Made by a program: the position numbers and the translations under genes. A DNA stretch of 64,000 nt from Clostridiales bacterium (GTDB taxonomy: Bacteria > Bacillota > Clostridia > Christensenellales > Aristaeellaceae): NCBI GenBank assembly GCA_012521895.1, contig JAAYLK010000013.1, positions 4,898-68,897 on the forward strand. Reading direction: 5' to 3'. Within the stretch, counting starts at the first letter, position 1. Each line of letters opens with the position of its first letter. Shown piece after piece: positions 37,055 through 48,130 of this stretch. The notes beneath the pieces were generated by a model, which ran no database searches, had not been told where the DNA came from, and was given only the letters and a program-made list of their open reading frames with translations.

Positions 37055-38821
37055 TTACAGCCCTCCCCGGTTGATCAAAGCGCCGGTCTGCTCGGCAAGC
37101 TCTGATTCGATCTCATCAAAGTAAGCCAAGGATTCCTCCGGAATGTACTTGGCGCGCCCGATGCGCTCACGCACCGGCAATTCAATCACGTCTGACAGGT
37201 TGACACCGGCATCCAGCGCCATCTGGCCTTTCTCACCATACTCCAGAATCAGGCGAAGCATGCGGTACTGCTTGGTGAGCGAGGTATAGGTATCAATGTC
37301 ATCAAAAGCGTTCTGGTGCAGGTAGTCCTCACGGATGGAGCGGGCCACTTCCATGGTCAGGCGGTCCTTCCAGCCCAGGGCGTCCATGCCCACCAGGCGG
37401 ACAATCTCTTCCAGCTCGCTTTCCTCCTGCAGGATCTGCAGCGTCCTCTGGCGCAGCTTTGCCCATTCGGGGGAGACGTTGTCCGTAAACCAGTCCGACA
37501 GGTTGCCCGTGTACAAGGAGTAGGACAGCAGCCAGTCGATGGCCGGGAAATGGCGGCGGTAGGCCAGTTGGGCGCTCAAGCCCCAGAACACCTTGACGAT
37601 GCGCAGGGTTGCCTGGGACACAGGCTCGGAGATGTCACCGCCGGGAGGGGACACGGCGCCGATGGCGGAAATCGCGCCCTGGCGCTTGTCCTTGCCCAGG
37701 CAGATGACCTGGCCCGCGCGCTCATAGAACTCCGCGATGCGGCTGGACAGGTAGGCGGGATAGCCTTCCTCACCCGGCATCTCCTCCAGCCTTCCGCTCA
37801 TCTCGCGCAGGGCTTCTGCCCAGCGGCTGGTGGAGTCAGCCATGATGGCGACGCGGTAACCCATGTCACGGAAGTATTCCGCGATGGTGATGCCGGTGTA
37901 GATGGAGGCTTCACGCGCTGCGACGGGCATGTCGGAAGTGTTGGCAATCAGCACGGTGCGCTTCATCAGCGTTTCTCCGGTCTGCGGGTCGTGCAGCTCG
38001 GGGAACTCCTTGAGCACGTCGGTCATTTCATTGCCGCGCTCACCGCAGCCAACATACACGATGATGTCCGCCTGCGCCCATTTGGCCAGCTGGTGCTGGA
38101 CGACGGTCTTCCCGGAGCCAAAGGGGCCGGGGATGGCCGCCACACCGCCGGAGGCGATGGGGAACAAGGTGTCAATGACGCGCTGTCCGGTGATCATCGG
38201 GCTTTGCGGGGTCAGCTTTTCCTGGTAAGGCCGGCCGGAACGCACGGGCCAGCGCTGCATCATGGTCAGCTGGTGCGCTGTACCGTCCTTGCCTTCAACT
38301 ACGGCCACCACCTGGTCAACCGAGAAACTGCCATGCTCGATGGATTTGACGATGCCTTCCACACCCTTGGGCACCATGATGCGGTGCTCCACCACAGCGG
38401 TCTCCTGAACCACGCCCAGGATGTCGCCATGGGCGACCAGGTCACCGGGCATGGCTTTGGGAACAAAGTCCCATTTTTTCTCCCTGCTCAAAGAAGGCAG
38501 CTCAATCCCGCGGGTGATGCGGTCCCCCGCCTTTTCCCTGATGTCCACCAGGGGGCGCTGGATGCCGTCAAAGATGGATTCAATCAAGCCAGGCCCAAGC
38601 TCCAGCGAGAGCGGCGCGCCGGTGGATTCCACCGGTTCACCAGGCCCCAGGCCGCTTGTTTCCTCATATACCTGAATGGAAGCACGGTCGCCGCGAAGCT
38701 CAAGAATCTCTCCGATCAAGCGGTGTTTGCTGACGCGGACCACGTCAAACATCCTTGCGGATGACATCCCTTCCGCAACGATCAAGCTGCCTGCTACCTT
38801 GACAATTTTGCCCTGGGCCAT
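37055..38821 (-). CDS. ntpA: V-type ATP synthase catalytic subunit A
   Basis: 588 aa, Walker A GPFGSGKT, and the A-subunit-specific insert region. Confidence 0.95.
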   Translation of the reverse strand: MAQGKIVKVAGSLIVAEGMSSARMFDVVRVSKHRLIGEILELRGDRASIQVYEETSGLGPGEPVESTGAPLSLELGPGLIESIFDGIQRPLVDIREKAGDRITRGIELPSLSREKKWDFVPKAMPGDLVAHGDILGVVQETAVVEHRIMVPKGVEGIVKSIEHGSFSVDQVVAVVEGKDGTAHQLTMMQRWPVRSGRPYQEKLTPQSPMITGQRVIDTLFPIASGGVAAIPGPFGSGKTVVQHQLAKWAQADIIVYVGCGERGNEMTDVLKEFPELHDPQTGETLMKRTVLIANTSDMPVAAREASIYTGITIAEYFRDMGYRVAIMADSTSRWAEALREMSGRLEEMPGEEGYPAYLSSRIAEFYERAGQVICLGKDKRQGAISAIGAVSPPGGDISEPVSQATLRIVKVFWGLSAQLAYRRHFPAIDWLLSYSLYTGNLSDWFTDNVSPEWAKLRQRTLQILQEESELEEIVRLVGMDALGWKDRLTMEVARSIREDYLHQNAFDDIDTYTSLTKQYRMLRLILEYGEKGQMALDAGVNLSDVIELPVRERIGRAKYIPEESLAYFDEIESELAEQTGALINRGGL

Positions 38822-38845
38822 GAACTAGTCCCCCGTTTCTTTGTG

Positions 38846-39178
38846 TCAGTTGTTCTGGTTGAGGATATCCGCGCCAATGGCCTTGATGACATTGTCCCGA
38901 ACGCGCTTGGCGCCGAAACCGTCTGTGCCCTTGATGCCCGGTATCGGGATGATGGCGGTATCCATGGTCTGGTCATATCGGGAAATGGCTTCCGCTGCCA
39001 CCTGGGCAGCCTGCTCGGTGATGAAGATGACCGGAATGCCTTGCCTGCTGAGTTGATGAAGGGCGGCAGTGACCTCGTCTTCCGTGGTGGCGGGGACGGT
39101 GACAGCGCCAATGGCCTTGAAAGCCAGGATGGCGTCTTCCTCCCCCACTGCACCCAGGCGCAACAATTTATCTGCCAT
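38846..39178 (-). CDS. ntpG: V-type ATP synthase subunit F
   Basis: About 110 aa (ILAFKAIG...VIFITE). Start at ATG 39178; the track start at 39187 is a GTG. The symbol follows E. hirae nomenclature, where NtpG is subunit F. Confidence 0.88.
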   Translation of the reverse strand: MADKLLRLGAVGEEDAILAFKAIGAVTVPATTEDEVTAALHQLSRQGIPVIFITEQAAQVAAEAISRYDQTMDTAIIPIPGIKGTDGFGAKRVRDNVIKAIGADILNQNN

Positions 39179-40148
39179 ACGCTTCACGCAGCCTTTCGCG
39201 AATCAATTCCTGCGGAAAGCCGTTCAGCTTGCCCGCAATGATCAGCCTGACCGCTCCCGCTTCGCGCTCGTGCGCCAGCAGCCAGCCAACCAGCACATCC
39301 ACGGAGAAGGGCTCATTCCTGGAATCCCGGTACAAAGCAATCAGGGAGTCATCCACCGCTTTTTCCAGTGCAGGGATGGCCTTTTGGTCGTGGATGGCCT
39401 TGTTCAAGGCCACCTGCAGTTTGACAGGATATCCGTTGAAAGCCTTGAGCAGGCTGTGCGGCTTTTCCTGGATTGCTGCCCATTGCTTACTAGAAATTGT
39501 GCCGCCGGGCAGGAGAAGGTCCATAAAGCGGACCTTGTCATCCGCGATGTTCTGCAGGCGCAGCAAGGCGATGGCGTTTAAGAAATCCACCTTGGTCGCG
39601 AAATAGGTCTTCGCGGCCTTGTTCTTGATATTCTTGAGTTTTTTGGCAATCAGGCCATACAAGGCCTGGTCGATGAGCACATCAATCTTCATGGGGTTGA
39701 CTTGGAGCGCGGTTTTTTGCTCCAGAGTTTCCATCACAGCGCGGAATTCCGGAATCAGCTTATGATACTTGTGCTCATTGACGGCGTGCACCAGGGTATC
39801 CAGGTCCAGCATGCCACTTTTTGACAGATTTTCCGGCTTGACCCCCAGAATGCGGGCCTTCAGCAGCGATTTCAGGTTCTGCGCGTCATGGCGCAGCAGG
39901 AAGATTGACAGCAGCTCCTCATCCGGGCTGACATCCTTCAACAGCTTGGCGATGCCTTCCAGCATTCTGATGCTCAATTGCTCAACATCCTGGTCCGCGC
40001 TGTCAGGCCACCCCATTTCGGTGAGCATGTTCAGGGCTTCTTCATAGCTGGCAGCGGACAATAAGCGCTCCAACTGCGCATCCCCAAGGGGACGCCTCGC
40101 TGCCGCCCTGACACGGCCTACCGCGTATGCAATGCTTGGTTGAGGCAT
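39168..40148 (-). CDS. ntpC: V-type ATP synthase subunit C (eukaryotic d homologue)
   Basis: 326-aa all-helical protein in the canonical position between E and F. Confidence 0.88.
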   Translation of the reverse strand: MPQPSIAYAVGRVRAAARRPLGDAQLERLLSAASYEEALNMLTEMGWPDSADQDVEQLSIRMLEGIAKLLKDVSPDEELLSIFLLRHDAQNLKSLLKARILGVKPENLSKSGMLDLDTLVHAVNEHKYHKLIPEFRAVMETLEQKTALQVNPMKIDVLIDQALYGLIAKKLKNIKNKAAKTYFATKVDFLNAIALLRLQNIADDKVRFMDLLLPGGTISSKQWAAIQEKPHSLLKAFNGYPVKLQVALNKAIHDQKAIPALEKAVDDSLIALYRDSRNEPFSVDVLVGWLLAHEREAGAVRLIIAGKLNGFPQELIRERLREAYGR

Positions 40149-40168
40149 GCGAACTCCTTTACGGTATG

Positions 40169-40771
40169 TTAAGCAAACAGAATGGAAACGACCTGCGCTT
40201 CCAGCGATTCCCTTTTCACTTCAAGAAGCGAAGAGAAAGTGCAGTGCATCTGGCTGTGGCCGTCTTTGAGCACCAGGCCGCACACACCGGGGACGCGTTC
40301 CACAAGCGCCGTCAGTTCACCAGGCTTGCCCGCCTGGGTCAAACGCTGATTGGCTTCATCAACAAAGGCTTCCGTGAAGAATCCGTCGTTGACGCTGCCC
40401 GCGGCAAGTTTTTCAGTGCCGCTGGCATGTTTTGTCAGCAAATCAAGCATGACGTTGGACACCTCGGAGGTGGGCAGTGCGTTCAGCTTTGCGATGGCCT
40501 GGTGAAATGCCTCGTCAATCAAACCGCGCTTTTGCGCTACCAGCAGTTTGCGGTTCTCAAGCTCGGCCAGCCTGTGCATCCTGTCTTCCAGGATGTCGGC
40601 ATCCGCCGCGGCCTGCGAACGGATTTCATCAACCTGCTGCTGAATGCGCGAAGCGGAATGCTCGCTGATGGTGGCTGCCCTGTCTTTGGCTTCAGCGATG
40701 ATGGTATCCGCAGCGTCCTTGGCGTCTTTGCGGATTAAATCAATGATGGACTGGGTGTTGACCGTATCCAT
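40169..40771 (-). CDS. ntpE: V-type ATP synthase subunit E
   Basis: 200 aa with a long charged N-terminal helix plus a globular C-terminus. Position is between K and C. Confidence 0.85.
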   Translation of the reverse strand: MDTVNTQSIIDLIRKDAKDAADTIIAEAKDRAATISEHSASRIQQQVDEIRSQAAADADILEDRMHRLAELENRKLLVAQKRGLIDEAFHQAIAKLNALPTSEVSNVMLDLLTKHASGTEKLAAGSVNDGFFTEAFVDEANQRLTQAGKPGELTALVERVPGVCGLVLKDGHSQMHCTFSSLLEVKRESLEAQVVSILFA

Positions 40772-40772
40772 C

Positions 40773-41249
40773 TTACAGTTTGATGGCGTTGACCATCAGG
40801 AAGGAAGCCAGCAGCGCAAGCACGGCGTAGGTTTCCACCATAACGGTCATGGTGATGGCCTTACCCGACATGTCCGGATGTTGGCCAACCATCAGCATGC
40901 CGGCGGAAGCGACCTTGGCCTGGTTAATGGCGGACAGCCAGCCAACCACGGCAACGGGCAGCACGGCGGCGACATACATCAAGCCCTGCAGCAGGTCCAC
41001 TTCCTTCAGGTTGCCGGCCAGGGCGCCGGTGTTGACCAGGATGATGACACCAATCAAAAAGCCATAAATGCCCTGGGTGCCCGGCAGAATCTGCAGCACC
41101 ATCAACTTGGAGTTGACTTCGGGATTTTCCGTGGAAACACCGGCAGATGTCTGGCCTGCCATACCAACTGCTTTGGCAGAGCCGTAACCTGCCAACAAGG
41201 TGGAGAGAACCGCCGCGGCAAAAGCAAGGATTTGACCGTAACTGAGCAT
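40773..41249 (-). CDS. ntpK: V-type ATP synthase proteolipid subunit K
   Basis: 158-aa 4-TM double-hairpin proteolipid with motifs LPGTQG, INQAKV and MVETYA. Confidence 0.92.
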   Translation of the reverse strand: MLSYGQILAFAAAVLSTLLAGYGSAKAVGMAGQTSAGVSTENPEVNSKLMVLQILPGTQGIYGFLIGVIILVNTGALAGNLKEVDLLQGLMYVAAVLPVAVVGWLSAINQAKVASAGMLMVGQHPDMSGKAITMTVMVETYAVLALLASFLMVNAIKL

Positions 41250-41287
41250 ACTGGGAAACCTCCTACTAAACTATGGATATTCCTGGT

Positions 41288-43180
41288 TTATTCATGAATC
41301 CGCACATAGCGCGGTGAATAACGAAGCGGTTTGAAGGGCTTGCCCCCTTCTTCGTAGAACTTGCCGAAAAATTCGATGTACTGCAAGCGGCAGGCGTGCA
41401 CGTAAGCGCCTAAAATGTTGATGGCCGCGTTGAACAGGTGGGCGCCGATAAAGACCACCACACCAAAGAGGATGCCGATGATGCCGCCGCCCATCATCAT
41501 GCCGACCAGCTGGTTGATGACCATGCCGATGACACCGGTGGCCAGGCCCATACCAAACAGGCGCATATAGGACAGCAGGTCTGAAATCCAGCTGGTGACG
41601 CCGTACAGGGCGCCAAGGCCGGAGACAAGGCGTTTGATGGGGTTCTTGGACTTGTCACGCCCGGCAGTCAACAATACGATGCCGGCACCCCCGATGGCCA
41701 GCCATTTGCCAATGGCCGCGGTCTGCGGCAGGGCCAGCATGCCAAGGCCTATCACCAACATAAACCAGCTGAGCTGGTCATACACGGCAGCCATCGGCTC
41801 GCCCTTTTTGATGTTTTGATAAGCGCCCAGGGCCAGGCCGGCAAACAGGTGCAAAGCGCCGATGCCAATGCACAGCGCCATGACAGGCAGCGAGTCATTG
41901 ACCGGGTCAAACAGGGTGGGCCAGGGGCCAAAACCAAACCAGGTGTTGTACAAGGCGCCCCAGATGACCGTGGCGATACCGCCGCCGCAGATGATCCAGA
42001 AGATTTTCTTGGCGCCGGCAGAGGGCTGCATGATTTTGACCATGAGGGGAATCAGCAAGGCCATCACCAAGCCGTAACCGGCGTCTGACACCATCATGCC
42101 AAAGAAGCAGGCAAAGAAGGGCATCATCACGTTGGTTGGGTCAACAGCGCCAGGTGCCGGCAAAGCAAAGCCGCTGATGACCGCCTCATAGGGCCGCGTG
42201 ATGGGTGGGTTCTGCAGAAGAACCGGCGGCTCCTCATCCGGGCCGGGGTCGCTGATGGAAAGCTGGACATCGGGAAACTCTTTGTTGATGGCAGCCTGCA
42301 CGCTTGCTGAAAGGGACTTGGGCACCCAGCCGGCCATAAACACCGTGCTGCGGGTTTGCACAATGTCATCCATGGCATCCATGCGCGCTTTTTTGGCGCT
42401 GAGCATTTCAAACGCCAGCCGCAGGGAAGGCAGGTGGACGCCCAGCTCGCTGGTTTCTTTCAAGATGATGTCCGCCTGCTCGCTTTGCTGATGCAGTTCT
42501 TTTTCAAGGTCGGCAAGGCGCTGCTTGGGCAGGCCTTTGCTCAAGGGGGGTGTGGATTGCTGGAAGCCTGCCGCGCGCAGGTCGGCATAGACATCTTCCG
42601 CGATGCTGCGATGCGCCACCGCGACAAAGTACACGGCATCCCTGTCCTGGCCAAAGGCCTGAAAAGCCACAGGCAGGCTCTTCCATTTCTCCATCAGATT
42701 GGCCAGGTTGCGCTGCGGCGCATAGCCCGACCATACCTTGCTTGTGGCGGTGTCCTTGATTTGTTCAACCGGAAGGGGCAGCTCCAGCCAGGGCTTGAGC
42801 TGGTCGATGGCTTGGGTCAAGCGCATCTGGTTGCCGCGGATGTCACCGGAGCGCTTCTCCAGCGCTTCAAGCTGTTCAACAACTTCCATCAAGCCTTGGA
42901 TGTCTTCGTTTTCCAGTTGTTCAGGCTGCGCCAATGGCAGCGGTTTGAACATGGATTGCTTGGCCGGGTCATGGTTTAGCAGCCTGCTGATGGCCCACCG
43001 GACCCTAACAAGCGTTTCTTCATTGCCGGCGCTTTCCAGCGTATTCTCTTTTACTTGTTCTATATCTGTTGAGACAGGGGTAATCTGGATGACGCCCAGG
43101 CGCTGGATAAAGCGCAGCAAGCGTCCCTTCTCCCGGCTCATGGCAAGGAGGTGGATGCGTTGCATGTCAACGATCGCCAT
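41288..43180 (-). CDS. ntpI: V-type ATP synthase subunit I (a-subunit homologue)
   Basis: 630 aa: soluble N-terminal half plus a polytopic C-terminal half carrying the conserved Arg context SYMRLFGMGLA. Confidence 0.92.
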   Translation of the reverse strand: MAIVDMQRIHLLAMSREKGRLLRFIQRLGVIQITPVSTDIEQVKENTLESAGNEETLVRVRWAISRLLNHDPAKQSMFKPLPLAQPEQLENEDIQGLMEVVEQLEALEKRSGDIRGNQMRLTQAIDQLKPWLELPLPVEQIKDTATSKVWSGYAPQRNLANLMEKWKSLPVAFQAFGQDRDAVYFVAVAHRSIAEDVYADLRAAGFQQSTPPLSKGLPKQRLADLEKELHQQSEQADIILKETSELGVHLPSLRLAFEMLSAKKARMDAMDDIVQTRSTVFMAGWVPKSLSASVQAAINKEFPDVQLSISDPGPDEEPPVLLQNPPITRPYEAVISGFALPAPGAVDPTNVMMPFFACFFGMMVSDAGYGLVMALLIPLMVKIMQPSAGAKKIFWIICGGGIATVIWGALYNTWFGFGPWPTLFDPVNDSLPVMALCIGIGALHLFAGLALGAYQNIKKGEPMAAVYDQLSWFMLVIGLGMLALPQTAAIGKWLAIGGAGIVLLTAGRDKSKNPIKRLVSGLGALYGVTSWISDLLSYMRLFGMGLATGVIGMVINQLVGMMMGGGIIGILFGVVVFIGAHLFNAAINILGAYVHACRLQYIEFFGKFYEEGGKPFKPLRYSPRYVRIHE

Positions 43181-43487
43181 GAACTACCTCTTGCATGATG
43201 TATTGTACGGCTTTATCCAGGTTAACACCCGCCGCCTTGATGTGCGCGCTTGCTTCTTGCTGGTTTTTTTGCTGTTGATTTTGCAGTTGCTGTTCAACAC
43301 GCAAGCGGCGCTCTTCAAGCAAACGCTGGTACAAGGCGCGGTTTTCAACAGCGGCCTTGCGCTCTTCATCCCCTGCCCGGGTTTCCGCGTTTTTCACGAT
43401 TTCATTCGCGGTTTGCTGGGCTTCAAGATGAATTTCAGAAGCCTGCGCTTCTTCACTTAGAATATTCTGCAAAATGTCACTTGTCAT
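43167..43487 (-). CDS. ntpF: V-type ATPase peripheral-stalk subunit G/H-like (E. hirae NtpF-like)
   Basis: 106-aa Q/E/A-rich coiled coil, first gene of the operon, overlaps ntpI. Assigned by position and composition. Confidence 0.7.
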   Translation of the reverse strand: MTSDILQNILSEEAQASEIHLEAQQTANEIVKNAETRAGDEERKAAVENRALYQRLLEERRLRVEQQLQNQQQKNQQEASAHIKAAGVNLDKAVQYIMQEVVHGDR

Positions 43488-43582
43488 GTTTCACCTCAAA
43501 CTTGCATTTCCTAGAAAACTATACCACAATCATGGAAAAACGCAATGCAATTGGCAAAAATTATTCATTCATGCATATGCTC

Positions 43583-43611
43583 TTGCGTCATCCACAGAGT
43601 GTTGTTATACT
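43583..43611 (+). promoter_or_regulatory. Sigma-A-like promoter upstream of yajC
   Basis: TTGCGT, 17-nt spacer, TATACT with a TGn extended -10 (tgttatact). Confidence 0.4.
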
Positions 43612-43650
43612 ACGTCTACTGCATTGACTTGAAAGGAAGACTGTAACACT

Positions 43651-44040
43651 ATGTTTGAATGGCTCCTGAAGATTCCCTCCGCCCTGGCTGAGGCCGCCCC
43701 TGCCGCCGGCACCACCGCCGCTGGCGTGCCTGACCCTTCCAGCCCTGCCAGCTTGATTTCCATGTTCCTCCCGATGATTCTGATCGTCGGTGTATTTTAC
43801 TTCCTGATGATCAGGCCCCAGCGCAAAAAAGACAAGAAAGTCAAGGACATGTTGGCCAACCTGAAGCCCGGTGACCGCATCTGCACCATCGGCGGCATCT
43901 ATGGCACCATCAAGGGCCTGCGTGAAGACACCGTGATTCTGAGCGTTGGCAAAGACAACATCGAAATGGTGTTCGCCCGCTGGGCGATTCGCAATGTGGA
44001 GGAAGTCACGGTTGAAAACGAAGGTGAACTGCTCACCTGA
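43651..44040 (+). CDS. yajC: Preprotein translocase subunit YajC
   Basis: Single TM followed by MIRPQRKKDKKVKDMLANLKPGDRICTIGGIYGTI, the YajC signature. Confidence 0.9.
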   Translation: MFEWLLKIPSALAEAAPAAGTTAAGVPDPSSPASLISMFLPMILIVGVFYFLMIRPQRKKDKKVKDMLANLKPGDRICTIGGIYGTIKGLREDTVILSVGKDNIEMVFARWAIRNVEEVTVENEGELLT

Positions 44041-44058
44041 TCATCCTTAGATTCCATC

Positions 44059-44089
44059 AAAGCGCCTGTTCTTTCAGGCGCTTTCTTTC
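44059..44089 (+). terminator. Possible intrinsic terminator after yajC
   Basis: Stem aaagcgcctg/caggcgcttt followed by tctttc, a T-rich but interrupted tail. Confidence 0.45.
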
Positions 44090-44106
44090 ATCAAGGAGGT
44101 AAGAGA

Positions 44107-45404
<1,298 letters not shown>

Positions 45405-45408
<4 letters not shown>

Positions 45409-45872
45409 AGCTGTTGATCATCAGCGATTCCCATGGCAGCAAACGGTTTGCCACGGGAATATCAAAGCATATCAAACAAAAAGGGCCTTTTGACTATCTG
45501 ATCCATTGTGGGGACGGCCTGACTGACTTGGACATGATGGATGTCCCCTGTCCGGTCATCAGCGTTCGCGGCAATTGTGATCTGTTTGCCACCGCGCCTG
45601 AGAAGACAGTGCTCAAAACAGATGCCTGCACAATTTTTATTACGCATGGCCATTTGTTTTCTGTCAAGAGGACATTAAGCCAGCTTTCTTCAGCTGCAAA
45701 AACCGCCCAATGCGCGATCGCGCTGTATGGCCATACACACCAACAAGGCATGAATTATATTGACAGTGTGTATTGCATCAACCCCGGCGCGTTGAACAAC
45801 GGCCAGTTCGCGGAATTAACATTCAATCAGGAAAACAAACCAATCCCTGTTTTCTTCAACTTGACAGATTAA
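45405..45872 (+). CDS. YfcE/MJ0936 family metallophosphoesterase (YsnB-like)
   Basis: Motifs ISDSHG, CGDG, GNCD, THGH and GHTH. The start overlaps the rph-rdgB stop. Confidence 0.88.
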
Positions 45873-47230
45873 ACGTCATAAAGCTCTGATTCCCTGTCTT
45901 CCCCTAGTTTTCTTAAGCCTATAGGGTAGTGGTTCTTCAGCATCCCCTGGCTGGCTTTGCCCCAGCCAAGCGGCCACCCATCAAGCGTCGGCGATAGAAA
46001 ACCAGAGATGTTCTCGGGAATACCCAGCACCTCACCCCGGCGATAGGCCTGTGCTTCATCCAAGCTGACAGGCAGTGCTTGTCTGGGCTTGTGTGCCAGC
46101 GCCAAAGCGTGGTCTGGCTTGGCTGTCTTGCCGGTCACACTGCCCATGTGCAACCCCAAACGCAGGACGCGCAAGCCTGTCAGATCAGGGCAATCCTCCG
46201 GCGCGAGAACCGCGGTGTTACCCAGCACATGGTTTGCGTAGACAGTATCAGCCAGCCATTCTTCAACGCTGTTGTTGATGACACGAAGGAGTTCCTGGTA
46301 AATTCTATCACCTGCTTTTTTCGGCATTGATGACTTTTTGATTACCGAATCACCATCGGTTTTGATGAATTGAGCGATAAAATGCCCTTCCCCATCCACC
46401 AAGTGTGGCCAAAGACGCAGCATGCCGCTTGGCGCTTCATCCAAGCCGGGAATGCGGATGGGCTGCAAGGAGAAGCTTGGATTTGCTTTCAAAAATTGAG
46501 CGGCAAGTTCCTCATTCTCCAAGCAGTTGAAGGTGCAGGTGCTGTACACCAGTTTTCCCCCGGGCTTGACCATGGTGGCCGCGTCCTGGATAATCTGCAG
46601 CTGTCTCATTGAACAAAGACTTGGCAAATCCTCGTTCCAGGCAGACAGGGCACCCGGGTCCTTGCGGAACATGCCTTCCCCAGAGCAGGGCGCGTCCACC
46701 AGCACTTTGTCAAAATACGCCGGCAATCTCTCTGCCAGTTCATCCGGCCGGTTGTTCGTCACCACCGCGTTGGTGATGCCCATGCGCTCCATGTTGCGGT
46801 TTAAGATTGATGCCCTGGAAGGATGGAGCTCATTGGCAAGCAGCAGTCCCTTGCCTTGCATCTGATCGGAAATCTGGGTCGCTTTCCCGCCTGGCGCCGC
46901 GCACAGGTCCAAGACTTTTTCCCCCGGTTTTGGGTTTAGTACACTGACCGCGGCCATTGCGCTGGGTTCCTGCACATAATACGCCCCTGCCCAATGCAGG
47001 GGGTGCGCGCCGGGCTGACTGCTGGTTTCCAGATAAAATGCCCTCTTAGCCCAGGGGACCGGCTTTAAAACATCAATTTGTGCAGGCATCTCTCTTCGGG
47101 CGGAATAACGAATCGCCCGCGCAGGCGCGCGCTGATAGCAAGCCAAGAACGCATCAAGCCCATCCTGAGAAAGCATGGGCTTGATGGAATCCAGAAAAGC
47201 CTGTGGCAAGGTGATGCTCTGTGTGGTCAT
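45869..47230 (-). CDS. rsmF: RsmF/RsmB-type rRNA m5C methyltransferase (NOL1/NOP2/Sun family)
   Basis: CAAPGGKAT, DAPCSGEGM and YSTCT motifs plus RsmF-type C-terminal domains. Confidence 0.85.
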   Translation of the reverse strand: MTTQSITLPQAFLDSIKPMLSQDGLDAFLACYQRAPARAIRYSARREMPAQIDVLKPVPWAKRAFYLETSSQPGAHPLHWAGAYYVQEPSAMAAVSVLNPKPGEKVLDLCAAPGGKATQISDQMQGKGLLLANELHPSRASILNRNMERMGITNAVVTNNRPDELAERLPAYFDKVLVDAPCSGEGMFRKDPGALSAWNEDLPSLCSMRQLQIIQDAATMVKPGGKLVYSTCTFNCLENEELAAQFLKANPSFSLQPIRIPGLDEAPSGMLRLWPHLVDGEGHFIAQFIKTDGDSVIKKSSMPKKAGDRIYQELLRVINNSVEEWLADTVYANHVLGNTAVLAPEDCPDLTGLRVLRLGLHMGSVTGKTAKPDHALALAHKPRQALPVSLDEAQAYRRGEVLGIPENISGFLSPTLDGWPLGWGKASQGMLKNHYPIGLRKLGEDRESELYDV

Positions 47231-48126
47231 GATTCCGGTGGTTCTTTTTTCTGGATGTTGGCTGCCTGCTGGCGGTAGGAATAGTTCTGGGGATAGTAGG
47301 GTTTGTGAAAGGCATCCTCCTGGGCGATGGGCGCCTGGATGCTGTCCAGGGGGTCCATGTCATCCTCGGTGGTAAAGAAGGTGTCCTTCAGGGTGCGCAG
47401 GACATTGGCTTGCTCCCGCCGCTTGCCGCCAGCCCGGCGGCGCCTGACGGGTGTTCCCGCAACGTCAGCGGCAGGGTTCTCCATCGGGATGGCAGGCGCA
47501 TCGAGCCAGGGAAATTGCTGCAGCGCCTGCAGGTCCTCTTCCAAGGGCAAGAGGGGTGCAGAATCATGTGATGATTGATCGTTCGCTTCATGCAAGAACA
47601 TACCGTCTTGCGATTGCGGCACCGGCATTTGCATATTCTGTGTTTGCAGGTTGCTCCATGGCAGTTCGGGAACATAAGGGTCCGGCGCCGGCGCCTCATG
47701 GGCTGCCTGCTCGTAAACCAGGGCTTCCTGCGGACTGCTTGCTTGAACAGGCTGAAAATCAAAGTAGACCGGCTCATCCAGCAAGGCCTGATTGTCTTCC
47801 TGGTGAAACTGCTGGTACTCCGGCAAGTCAAGCGGCGAATGGTCCAGGTCTTCCATGTAATGGCTGGTCCTGCTCAATTGCTTGCGCTGCAGGCGCTGTC
47901 TGATCCGCGCACTCCAGATGTAATAGGGGCGCCAGCGAACCAGCCAGATGATGTAGTCAATCAGCGATCCGCCGATGAGCAAAATCAGGATGATGGGCAG
48001 CCAGAAGCGCTGCAGAAACCCTGTAAAGCCCGAAGAATCATTGGTAATCATATTCCACAGGTCATTGAACAGGCTGCGCGTCCAGCCCAGCAAAACAGAA
48101 AACAGTGAATCAGCGATAAAGTTCAT
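47227..48126 (-). CDS. Hypothetical membrane protein with Q/P/E-rich cytoplasmic tail
   Basis: ATG 48126 just clears the cdaR stop. TM segment WLPIILILLIGGSLIDYIIWLV followed by a low-complexity tail. No family recognised. The 3' end overlaps the rsmF start by 4 nt. Confidence 0.6.
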   Translation of the reverse strand: MNFIADSLFSVLLGWTRSLFNDLWNMITNDSSGFTGFLQRFWLPIILILLIGGSLIDYIIWLVRWRPYYIWSARIRQRLQRKQLSRTSHYMEDLDHSPLDLPEYQQFHQEDNQALLDEPVYFDFQPVQASSPQEALVYEQAAHEAPAPDPYVPELPWSNLQTQNMQMPVPQSQDGMFLHEANDQSSHDSAPLLPLEEDLQALQQFPWLDAPAIPMENPAADVAGTPVRRRRAGGKRREQANVLRTLKDTFFTTEDDMDPLDSIQAPIAQEDAFHKPYYPQNYSYRQQAANIQKKEPPES

Positions 48127-48130
48127 GAGG

